From Gammaproteobacteria bacterium RBG_16_37_9 (GTDB taxonomy: Bacteria; Pseudomonadota; Gammaproteobacteria; UBA9339), in contig MGXJ01000006.1 in assembly GCA_001801345.1 (NCBI GenBank), positions 20,760 through 48,705 of the forward strand: 27,946 nt of DNA, given 5' to 3'. The translations under genes and the position numbers were made by a program. Every line of letters begins with the position of its first letter. Positions within the stretch are counted from its first letter, which is position 1. Shown here piece by piece: positions 17,876 through 25,922 of the stretch. The notes under the pieces were generated by a model. It was not told the origin of the DNA, searched no databases, and saw only the letters and a program-made list of their open reading frames with translations.

Positions 17876-18613
17876 ATGAATAAAAAAATTGAAAAAATCA
17901 TTGAGAATCACTGGAACCAGCTGGTAGAAAGCTGTTATTTTTATCGTGGCATGTCTCTGAATGATTTGGATTTAAAATCTAAAATTGTTTTAGATCCAAA
18001 GAAAAATCCACTAAAAGATATCGCACCTCTGCTTATGAAATATAGTGAATTTTTGCTGAATATGATTAAAAGAGGATTAGAGTTCAAAGTTAATGATTTT
18101 TATATTGAACCCTTACAAAAAGTACTAACCTGGACAATAAGAGATATAAAAAACCCTGGGATTGATTTTACAGCTAATTATGCTGACGCAGCCGCATATG
18201 CGTTTAACTACGCTGGAAGCCAGGTAAAACATAATTTTAACATCATTGCTAATACTATAGGTAAATGTAAAAATCAACCTTGTTTTAACGTCGCAGAAAA
18301 AAAGAGATTTCTACAAATAACCAAAAAAGTGCTGGAATTATTATCGCTTGAAAATAGTGAAAAACATAAACCGATTGTACTTAAAGTCAAACGGAGTTGC
18401 AAAGCATTTGAGAATAATTCGATAGAAGAATTAAATTTAGGATCTTACCAATTTTTTCTCAAGCGCATTGCTAAAGTTGCAAACCAAAACGACAGCTTCA
18501 CAGCTAACAAAATCGCTTTTTTCCTACATCAAAAATCCCAGACAGGCAACTTCAATGTACGACTGCTCAAACCGTTACGTCAAAGCGATATCGAAGAAAT
18601 CATTAAATTTTAG
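17876..18613 (+). CDS. Hypothetical protein, possibly ADP-ribosyltransferase-like fold
   Basis: 245-aa ORF starting 6 nt after the Nudix stop. FYRG, GIDFTANYADAAAYA and the C-terminal NVRLLKPLRQSDIEEII loosely match ART strand/helix motifs. The CDS is likely real; the function call is weak. Confidence 0.6.
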   Translation: MNKKIEKIIENHWNQLVESCYFYRGMSLNDLDLKSKIVLDPKKNPLKDIAPLLMKYSEFLLNMIKRGLEFKVNDFYIEPLQKVLTWTIRDIKNPGIDFTANYADAAAYAFNYAGSQVKHNFNIIANTIGKCKNQPCFNVAEKKRFLQITKKVLELLSLENSEKHKPIVLKVKRSCKAFENNSIEELNLGSYQFFLKRIAKVANQNDSFTANKIAFFLHQKSQTGNFNVRLLKPLRQSDIEEIIKF

Positions 18614-18663
18614 TTTTTACTTAGAATAAATATTTATGCTTATTGAATAGAAAGAATGAAAAA

Positions 18664-19221
18664 ATGACCACATGTATTTTTATTCGGCATGCTTCGACCA
18701 AAACAGGTATCTCTGATAAGTTGCGCCCTATAAGCGACGTTGGAATAGCACAAGCTAAAAAATGTACGCTGCTATTAAAATCCGAAACGCCGTTTGATCT
18801 GGCAATAACTTCCTCAGCTTTAAGAACCAAAGAAACTTTAAAAATAATTCTAGATCAACTTGTACAAACACCAAAAATTATCGAGGTTGCTAGCATTTAT
18901 GAGCCTGCAAGTGCTAAAGATCAAGCGGAAGTTGATAAAATATTAAATACTCTCGGCGAGGCTTCGCTGGAAGCTTACATAGAAAGTGATATAAATAATT
19001 CTTGGTCAAGATACGAGAAAAGCGCTATTGCAGATTTGCTTAGCATTCTTGAGGAATATAAACCTAATAGAGTGTTGATAGTTGGTCATGGTAATATTAT
19101 AAACGCTCTCGGTTTAGCTCTTGCTCCAGCGGCAACAAAATTAAAGCATATTTACTTTAATAATTGTGATGGCTTTGAGATCTCTGATGGTAAACTCGTT
19201 CGATTAATAACAAAACCGTGA
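18664..19221 (+). CDS. Histidine phosphatase superfamily protein (SixA-like)
   Basis: FIRHA, RPISDVGIAQA, SSALRTKET and VLIVGH. Start at MTTCIFIRHA; the alternative is 18643. Confidence 0.85.
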   Translation: MTTCIFIRHASTKTGISDKLRPISDVGIAQAKKCTLLLKSETPFDLAITSSALRTKETLKIILDQLVQTPKIIEVASIYEPASAKDQAEVDKILNTLGEASLEAYIESDINNSWSRYEKSAIADLLSILEEYKPNRVLIVGHGNIINALGLALAPAATKLKHIYFNNCDGFEISDGKLVRLITKP

Positions 19222-19336
19222 TGCAAGATAAGTAGTAGTGTTTTTTATTAGGAAACCCATGCAATCACACGAACAAATAATAAATACTTTAATAGAGTTA
19301 CATTATAAATAGTTCGTTTAATTAGCAAGATAACTC

Positions 19337-20227
19337 ATGAATAAACTAACCCAAAATGTCGTAAATATTCTCGGTGAAAATGGTAAAAAATGGATCGCCA
19401 ATTTACCAGGCACCATTGAAATACTCGCGGATTACTGGAATTTAAGTCATCTTGTTCCTGTCGATAATATGAGTTTCAACTATGTTGCCAAAGCAATAGA
19501 TAATTCAAATCAAGCAGTGGTATTAAAAATAGGTTTTGATACAAGTGTTATTGCTGATGAAAAACGCGCATTGACATATTTCGATGGCAACGCTTCAATT
19601 CGTCTCATTGACTACAACGAAAAATATAACGCCTTATTACTGCAGCAAGCTACTCCAGGAACCACATTGAAATCGCTTTACCCAGCTAACGACAAATTTG
19701 TTATTGATTGTTATGTAGACACAGTGCAAAAACTACTCAATAAACCACTGAATAGTAAAAATGGCTTTCGTTATATTAGTGATTGGTTAAAAATGCTCGA
19801 TGGGTTTAAATCAGATAAATTACCAGAATATCTATTGAAAAAAGCTATCTATTTAAAAAACACTTTGCTTGTTTCGATTAAAACTGAAATTGTGTTGCAC
19901 GGCGATTTACACCAAGATAATATTTTAAAAGATAACGACAGGTGGTTGGCGATTGACCCTAAGGGAATTATAGGGGAGCCTGAATTTGAGATTGCAGCAT
20001 TTGATTTTATCCATGATACTGAGTTGACCAATAATCTTGATACCAAGAAATTATTTTTAAACAGAATGAATATCATTGCTGAAAGATCTAACTTAAGCGC
20101 AGAACGCATTAAAAATTGGACTTTGGTCAGATTGATTTTGTCAGCCGTTTGGCACATTGAAGATAATGGCGATCCTGGTTTATCCATAAAATTGGCAGAG
20201 ATGTTGAGCGATGATGTGGTAATCTAA
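19337..20227 (+). CDS. Aminoglycoside/hydroxyurea phosphotransferase family (APH(6)/StrB-like kinase)
   Basis: VVLKI, LHGDLHQDNIL, WLAIDPKG.IGEPEFE. Confidence 0.85.
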   Translation: MNKLTQNVVNILGENGKKWIANLPGTIEILADYWNLSHLVPVDNMSFNYVAKAIDNSNQAVVLKIGFDTSVIADEKRALTYFDGNASIRLIDYNEKYNALLLQQATPGTTLKSLYPANDKFVIDCYVDTVQKLLNKPLNSKNGFRYISDWLKMLDGFKSDKLPEYLLKKAIYLKNTLLVSIKTEIVLHGDLHQDNILKDNDRWLAIDPKGIIGEPEFEIAAFDFIHDTELTNNLDTKKLFLNRMNIIAERSNLSAERIKNWTLVRLILSAVWHIEDNGDPGLSIKLAEMLSDDVVI

Positions 20228-20252
20228 TAGCAATAAATCCCCTGGAAAAACC

Positions 20253-20293
20253 TTGACTTTATAAATACGATCTCACATGATATCGATGTGAGA
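20253..20293 (+). promoter_or_regulatory. Putative sigma70 promoter overlapped by a palindromic operator
   Basis: TTGACT (20253-20258), 17 nt, CATGAT (20276-20281). The palindrome TCTCACAT-N7-ATGTGAGA at 20271-20293 covers the -10 box. Confidence 0.4.
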
Positions 20294-20624
20294 AAAAGAA
20301 TGGGTTGGCAGGATCTTCATATGTATAAGTGCTAGGATAATTGAGCGAGTAGGTCTTGAATCTTAACCGAAACTTTCTAGCTAAATCCAAGACCCGGTCC
20401 TTTTTTCCGCTTAAATTTTATTATGTTTGCTCCTTATTTTTAGATCAACCAAGCAAACTATTACAGCGCCAATAATTGCACTAATTGGGATTATGCTAAC
20501 GGCATATTTGTAGGCTATAAGATCATATTGCCTAAAGCCATTGCTAGCAAATTTACCGGAAAAGGTGTCAAGTTGGTGTTCAGGCCACAAAGAAAATATT
20601 GGTTAATTAATAGCGGAGCAATTT

Positions 20625-21182
20625 ATGGTAAAGTTTTTGATAAAAAATTATATTAGGTTAAAAAAGCAAGGTATTTTTTTATTTTTAATGATGCTGTTTA
20701 TTTCTATTTTTAACTCAACTATCATTTTTGCAAAGTCAGAAAACAACAACGTGATTATTAATGGTGAAGAATTTATTCCTGTAGCAGGCACTATTAGCCT
20801 TCGGGAAGATAAATATATCCCTTCAAAAGTGCCAACTGTCATGGATATGCTGATTACACAAACAGGTGGGGGCAAAGCACAATATTTAGTAAAAGATAAT
20901 GTTATAAAAATATTTATAATAAAATATAAAGCATTAATAACATTAAAAGGTAAAAAGACTGAGAAATTAATAGAGCAAAGAGGGCTGTATAACAAACTAC
21001 ATCCTGATATAAAAAAAGCCTTATATAATGGAGGGAAATTTTATGGTTCTTTTGATGTGCATTTTTGTTATGCAAAAAATGATCCTTTAATAGTGTATAT
21101 AGGTTATAAAGATAAGTCATATAGCTTTCCTGCTTTATTGACTGATGAAACTAATATAGATGATCAATGGAAAAAAACGTAA
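20625..21182 (+). CDS. Hypothetical exported protein
   Basis: GGAG Shine-Dalgarno, a basic N-terminus followed by a hydrophobic segment ending IIFA. No family recognised. Confidence 0.65.
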   Translation: MVKFLIKNYIRLKKQGIFLFLMMLFISIFNSTIIFAKSENNNVIINGEEFIPVAGTISLREDKYIPSKVPTVMDMLITQTGGGKAQYLVKDNVIKIFIIKYKALITLKGKKTEKLIEQRGLYNKLHPDIKKALYNGGKFYGSFDVHFCYAKNDPLIVYIGYKDKSYSFPALLTDETNIDDQWKKT

Positions 21183-21255
21183 CCCTTATTTTTTTATGTA
21201 TCTTACTAATTTAAGGAGTAATCATCTGTTGAAACTCAAAAGATCCAAACAAATT

Positions 21256-22023
21256 TTATTTATTGAATTCTCGCAAAAACAGCTGCAATCTTTTACTCTG
21301 TGGATTATTAAGTAATTCTTGTGGGGTGCCAGTTTCTATAACTTTGCCTTGATCCATAAAAATTATTTTACTTGCAATTTCAGCAGCAAAGTTTAATTGA
21401 TGTGTAGTGATCACAACTGTCTTTCCATTTTCTATAGCTAAAATTTTAATTACATCAATAATATTATTTACTAATTCAGGATCAAGAGCAGAAGTTGGTT
21501 CATCAAATAATATTATTTCTGGTTGCATAGAGAGTGCGCGAGCGATAGCAGCCCTCTGTTTTTGACCGCCAGATAGTTCACATGGATAGGAATTGCTTTT
21601 TTCTCCCATTCCAATTTTTTTCAGTAAGTTCTGTGCTTCTATTATCGCTTCTTTCTTACTGCTTTTTTTTAAAAGTAAAGGAGCTAAAACTAAATTTTCT
21701 AAAACTGTTTTATTAGGAAAAAGAGGGAAATTTTGAAATACTATTCCTATTTTTTGTTTGACTTGTCTCCAGATATTTTTGTCAATATATTCGACGCGTC
21801 CAAAGTTGTTTGTGCGCGCTACACAAACCTGTTCGATATGAATTTCTCCTGCATCAATTTTTTCCAGTTGCATTAATATTCGTAAGAATGTGGATTTTCC
21901 TCCGCCAGAAGGACCAATAATCACAACTACCTCGCCTTTTGCAATATCAAGGTTGACGTTATTTAACGCATAGCAAGCGCCGTATCTTTTGACTAAATTT
22001 TTTACTGTTATTTGATTATTCAT
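21256..22023 (-). CDS. Polar amino-acid ABC transporter ATP-binding protein
   Basis: GPSGGGKST, IGIVFQNFPLFP, LSGGQKQRAAIARAL, ILFDEPTSALDPE and H-loop TTH. The start at 22023 overlaps the permease stop. Confidence 0.93.
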   Translation of the reverse strand: MNNQITVKNLVKRYGACYALNNVNLDIAKGEVVVIIGPSGGGKSTFLRILMQLEKIDAGEIHIEQVCVARTNNFGRVEYIDKNIWRQVKQKIGIVFQNFPLFPNKTVLENLVLAPLLLKKSSKKEAIIEAQNLLKKIGMGEKSNSYPCELSGGQKQRAAIARALSMQPEIILFDEPTSALDPELVNNIIDVIKILAIENGKTVVITTHQLNFAAEIASKIIFMDQGKVIETGTPQELLNNPQSKRLQLFLREFNK

Positions 22024-22681
22024 AATAGGCATAATGTTTTTCTAGTGCATCAAAAACTTTTGTAAATATATATGTCATGATCAAATAGAATGTTGCCGCA
22101 ATTAAAAAAGGATAAATGACAAATTCTCTAGCTGCGGTGATTTTTACTATTGTGAATACTTCAACAATGCCAATAACCTGTGCTAGAGATGTGTCTTTAA
22201 TCAAAGTAACAACCTCGTTACCTATTGGGGGCAACACTCTTTTTAGAGTTTGCGGCAAAATTATATGACGCATTGTTTGCCAATAATTCAAACCTAAAAC
22301 CTCGGCACCTTCAAATTGTGAGCGCTCAATTGACTGGATTCCGGAACGAAAAATTTCGGCGTAATAAGCAGCATAATTTAATACGAATGTTATTACAGCA
22401 GCGGGAAATCTTTCTATGTTTATCCCAAGATTTCCCATGCCAAAATAAACAAATATTAGCTGCAACATAAGCGGTGTGCCACGCATTACCCAAATATAAA
22501 TTTGGATGCTTTTCGAAAGTATTTTGCAATTTGATAAACGGCCTATTGCAAGAATAATCCCAAGTGGAATCGAAAAAACCATAGTTAAAATAAAAAGCTC
22601 AAAAACAACTTTAATGCCAGGCAAGATCTGCCAAAAAAGACCCGTTAAATTCAAGCATATATTTTGTAATGAGCTAATCAT
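22016..22681 (-). CDS. Polar amino-acid ABC transporter permease (HisM/GlnP family)
   Basis: RGTPLMLQL, YAAYYAEIFRSGIQSI.RSQFEGA.VLGL and ILPQTLKRVLPPIGNE.VTLIKDTSL. Confidence 0.93.
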   Translation of the reverse strand: MISSLQNICLNLTGLFWQILPGIKVVFELFILTMVFSIPLGIILAIGRLSNCKILSKSIQIYIWVMRGTPLMLQLIFVYFGMGNLGINIERFPAAVITFVLNYAAYYAEIFRSGIQSIERSQFEGAEVLGLNYWQTMRHIILPQTLKRVLPPIGNEVVTLIKDTSLAQVIGIVEVFTIVKITAAREFVIYPFLIAATFYLIMTYIFTKVFDALEKHYAYYE

Positions 22682-22695
22682 AAATTTACCTGGGA

Positions 22696-23502
22696 TTAGA
22701 ATTCTTTTACCGAGAAAATATTACGATCAAACCATTTCTTACTAATCTTTGCCGCTGTTCCATCTTGAATCATTGAATCTAATGCCGATTGCACTTTATC
22801 TCGTAGAGCTACTTCATTTTTGCGAAAGGCAATGCCAAATTGTTGCTTACCAAGAAACCCTGATAATTTTCTAAATTTAAGTTTTTGCATCTTAGTATAG
22901 TAGTCAGCAAATATTTCATCGACTGCTACCGCATCAACTCCTCCTTTAATTAGATCGTATAATGCCATTGGATTATCAGGATACTGCACCAATTTTTTAA
23001 GAGTTGTTGGCTTGAAATCACTACCTTTGTAATTTTGAATATAATCTACTGCGGGCGCACCGGATTGCGCCGCAACTTTTTTACCATTTAAATCTGCAAG
23101 TCTTTTTATATCTGAATTTTTATTTACCAAAACCACAACTTTGTTTGTCATGTATGGTTTAGAAAACAGCACTTTTATTTTGCGTTCTTCGCTAATAGTC
23201 ATTCCATTCCAAATGGCATCAATATTGCTATTTTTTAGCTCGAAAAAAATGCTATCCCAAACACATGGTTGAAAAACAATTTTCACTTTTAGTCTTCTTG
23301 CCACTTCTTTTGCTAGATCAATATCAAAACCAATTATTTGGCCGTCCTTATCTCTAAATCCCATAGGAGCAAAAGTTTCATCTAATCCAACAATAAATGT
23401 GCCCTTAGCCTGGATTTTTTTGTAAGAATCATCACTGTTTGCAAAAACCGTAGTGAAATAGCAAAGTAGTAGAAAAAGTGTAGCAAGTAATTTAGTGTTC
23501 AT
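22696..23502 (-). CDS. Polar amino-acid ABC transporter substrate-binding protein (SBP family 3); probably histidine
   Basis: Signal peptide ending VFA, then GLDETFAPMGFRD..GQIIGFDIDLAKEVA and IDAIWNGMTISEER. The substrate is inferred from the upstream His leader. Confidence 0.9.
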   Translation of the reverse strand: MNTKLLATLFLLLCYFTTVFANSDDSYKKIQAKGTFIVGLDETFAPMGFRDKDGQIIGFDIDLAKEVARRLKVKIVFQPCVWDSIFFELKNSNIDAIWNGMTISEERKIKVLFSKPYMTNKVVVLVNKNSDIKRLADLNGKKVAAQSGAPAVDYIQNYKGSDFKPTTLKKLVQYPDNPMALYDLIKGGVDAVAVDEIFADYYTKMQKLKFRKLSGFLGKQQFGIAFRKNEVALRDKVQSALDSMIQDGTAAKISKKWFDRNIFSVKEF

Positions 23503-23526
23503 AATAATATCCTCTGATTAAAATTT

Positions 23527-23575
23527 AAAAATAATAAAACCCGGTGAAGAATTTTGCTTCTTACCGGGTTTTATT
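23527..23575 (-). terminator. Attenuator (intrinsic terminator) hairpin upstream of the ABC operon
   Basis: Minus strand AAAACCCGGTAAGAAGCAAAATTCTTCACCGGGTTTTATTATTTTT: a GC-rich stem followed by a U-rich tail, about 25 nt before the SBP start. Confidence 0.8.
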
Positions 23576-23652
23576 AATTGAGTTATTTAAAATTAATTCC
23601 GGAAGGAGCAATTAGCAGCCCTCCAGAAAACGTCAAACGAAGGAAAGCCACA

Positions 23653-23718
23653 TCACATATGGTGATGGTGGCAATGGTGTGAATTGAAAATTATTGTTTT
23701 AGTATTTACAGCACTCAT
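23653..23718 (-). CDS. Histidine leader peptide (hisL-like attenuator peptide)
   Basis: MSAVNTKTIIFNSHHCHHHHM*, with 6 His codons in 7 positions just before the stop, followed by hairpin 23597-23629 and the terminator. Confidence 0.85.
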   Translation of the reverse strand: MSAVNTKTIIFNSHHCHHHHM

Positions 23719-23725
23719 GTGAAAC

Positions 23726-23757
23726 ATTGTAGCAGATTATTTATAGATTGCTACAAT
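23726..23757. promoter_or_regulatory. Back-to-back extended -10 boxes / 9-bp inverted repeat
   Basis: ATTGTAGCA (23726-23734) and TGCTACAAT (23749-23757) each read TGnTACAAT facing outward. The leftward one ends 7 nt before the leader ATG. Confidence 0.5.
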
Positions 23758-23946
23758 TTGTTCTGCTCGGCGGATCATGGCCCCTTTAGCCGTTGTATCT
23801 GGCGTTGAATTCAACGTTGAGTGCACTACTAAATTTGTAAGAAAAAAGCTATTCGATTATTTTATTATGTTTGCTAAGCTTTGTCTAAAGCACAGACAAA
23901 TAATAATCAGGAAAACATCCTGATTGGTAATGGACAATATAAAAAA

Positions 23947-24126
23947 TTACTTGCTAGTTTTTTGGGCGCTAGCATCATTAGTATCGGTGCCGGTAGCAGC
24001 CTTTTGAAGATTCTGGCCACCCCTTTCCATGTCCTGCCCAAAACCTTCAATGGTATGACAACCGCTTAAAAGCAGGGCGCTAATTAAAGCAAAAGCAGCA
24101 GCGCATATTTTTAATTTAATTTTCAT
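23947..24126 (-). CDS. Entericidin A/B family lipoprotein
   Basis: Lipobox LSGC followed by HTIEGFGQDMERGGQNLQKAA. GAGG Shine-Dalgarno before the ATG at 24126. Confidence 0.85.
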   Translation of the reverse strand: MKIKLKICAAAFALISALLLSGCHTIEGFGQDMERGGQNLQKAATGTDTNDASAQKTSK

Positions 24127-24528
24127 TTTACCCACCTCTTAAAAAAAATATTTTTCATCACCATGATTATAATCTTTTTCCGGAATTTTGCCTATTACAA
24201 TCGATTCACATGTTTGTAATAGAAGAGAAAAGATGGAAAAGGTCAGACACCTTTTCTTTACCTTTTTACTTAAGGAAGCAGTTACGCAGCTTTCATGAAA
24301 AAATTATCAAGATCTATACAAAGGTTACAAAAATTAATTTATAGTAATTTTATTGAGGGCGTTGAGAGTGTTCAGCTTCTTATTTGAGTAAAATATACCT
24401 AACTTTTAAACTAACTAACCGGCAAGCATAATTATAGCACTACACTTGAACAAATTTTTATAGCAAATCCCATTAAATAATGTATAAAATTACACTGATA
24501 ATATAAAACTGAAGGGCACTAAAACTTT

Positions 24529-25686
24529 ATGCATGATATTAATGACTATTTTCTTGATATTCTTAACTCCATAGGAGAAGAAGTATTTTGGAAAGATAAA
24601 AATGGGGTTTATTTGGGGTGCAACAAATATTCGGCTGAGCTACTTGGATTAAAAGATCCCAAAGATATGATTGGTAAAACAGATTACGATGTATTTCCTA
24701 AAGCAGTAGCTGATCGGTTACGGCAACATGATAAGATCGTTATGGAAACAGGACGTAAAATAGTTTTTGAGGAAAAAGTCACCGCGTCAACTGGTAAAAA
24801 GCTAATCCACCTGACTTCGAAAAGTCCGCTATATGATAAAAAAGGTAATATTATTGGTATCATAGGGAATGCTACTGATATAACTGATCGCAAAAAAGCA
24901 GAACAATTAAACATAGAAAAATTACAAGCAGAAAAAGAGATGGCTGAAAAAATCTCGAATACAGTAGAATTGATTTCTGGAAATATCGCGCATGAAATAC
25001 GCACCCCTTTGTCTATTATTAGTATCAATGTTGATAGATTACAAGCGGAACTAAAAAAAATATTATTTGCTCACCACAACATTGAGCAAACAAATAAAAT
25101 CAAGAGTTTTGCTGATAATATAAAATCTGCTGTTAAAAATGGTAGTAGCATTATTACTATGCTACTAACTAAGCTACATGGCATTTTTGATGTAAAACAT
25201 GCTGGCATTGAACTTAAACCAAACTCCATTAAACAAAGCATTGATGATGCTATAAAAGAATACCCTTTTTATAAAAATGAAAATAGGCTTATTGTATGGA
25301 GCGAGCAAAAAAACCAAGATTTTATTTATTTAGGTGATAACTTGCTAACAAAACATGTGTTATTTAATTTAATAAAAAACGCCTTAAGAGCTATCAAAGA
25401 AGCTAAGCATGGGGAAATTTTTATTAGTCTGGATAGTGATAATAAGTTTAATTATTTGATCTTCAAAGACACGGCTACAGGAATACCAGCTGAAAACTTG
25501 GATTCTTTATTTAAGCAATTCCATATTAAAAACAAAGGCAGTTCTGGCTTGGGTTTGGCATTTTGCAAAATGACGATGCAATCGTATGGAGGAGATATTA
25601 TCTGTGATTCTAAAAAAGATGAATTTACAGTGTTTACTTTAAGTTTTCCTAAAATAACTGATAATGAGAAAGACATAGCGCAATAA
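24529..25686 (+). CDS. Cytoplasmic PAS-domain sensor histidine kinase
   Basis: PAS (VFWKDKNGVYLGCN...IGKTDYD), H-box IAHEIRTPL, N-box VLFNLIKNAL, G1 DTATGI and G2 GLGLAFC. No receiver domain. Confidence 0.9.
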   Translation: MHDINDYFLDILNSIGEEVFWKDKNGVYLGCNKYSAELLGLKDPKDMIGKTDYDVFPKAVADRLRQHDKIVMETGRKIVFEEKVTASTGKKLIHLTSKSPLYDKKGNIIGIIGNATDITDRKKAEQLNIEKLQAEKEMAEKISNTVELISGNIAHEIRTPLSIISINVDRLQAELKKILFAHHNIEQTNKIKSFADNIKSAVKNGSSIITMLLTKLHGIFDVKHAGIELKPNSIKQSIDDAIKEYPFYKNENRLIVWSEQKNQDFIYLGDNLLTKHVLFNLIKNALRAIKEAKHGEIFISLDSDNKFNYLIFKDTATGIPAENLDSLFKQFHIKNKGSSGLGLAFCKMTMQSYGGDIICDSKKDEFTVFTLSFPKITDNEKDIAQ

Positions 25687-25922
25687 TATCGTATATGTTA
25701 AATTTTCAAAAAAGAAAATCAAAAGGACTTTTTTTAGAAACTTTCTTCTCTTAATAACAGTTTTGCTCAGGGTTAGCAATAATTTTATTGATAATGATAT
25801 TGTAAAATTAACAAAGGGGATTTTAAATAAACAACACTCTCTCGTCTCGTTCTTTCTCAAGATATTTTATTGTCCATTGTCAAGATTTGATACCTTTTCA
25901 TTAGAGTTATATTATCATTACA

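Noticed and set aside
20331..20390. Hammerhead ribozyme or SAM-II riboswitch
   Set aside because: TGAGCGAG...CGAAAC and TTAACCG...TAGCTAAA are superficially similar, but the CUGANGA core, the stem I/II pairing and the SAM-II P1 arm and spacing are not satisfied.
15835..20620. Integron cassette array
   Set aside because: The genes are short and co-oriented, but I found no paired RYYYAAC...GTTRRRY attC sites in the spacers and no integrase in the window.
23947..24126. Entericidin toxin-antitoxin pair
   Set aside because: Only one entericidin-family gene is present; no second lipoprotein ORF was found beside it.
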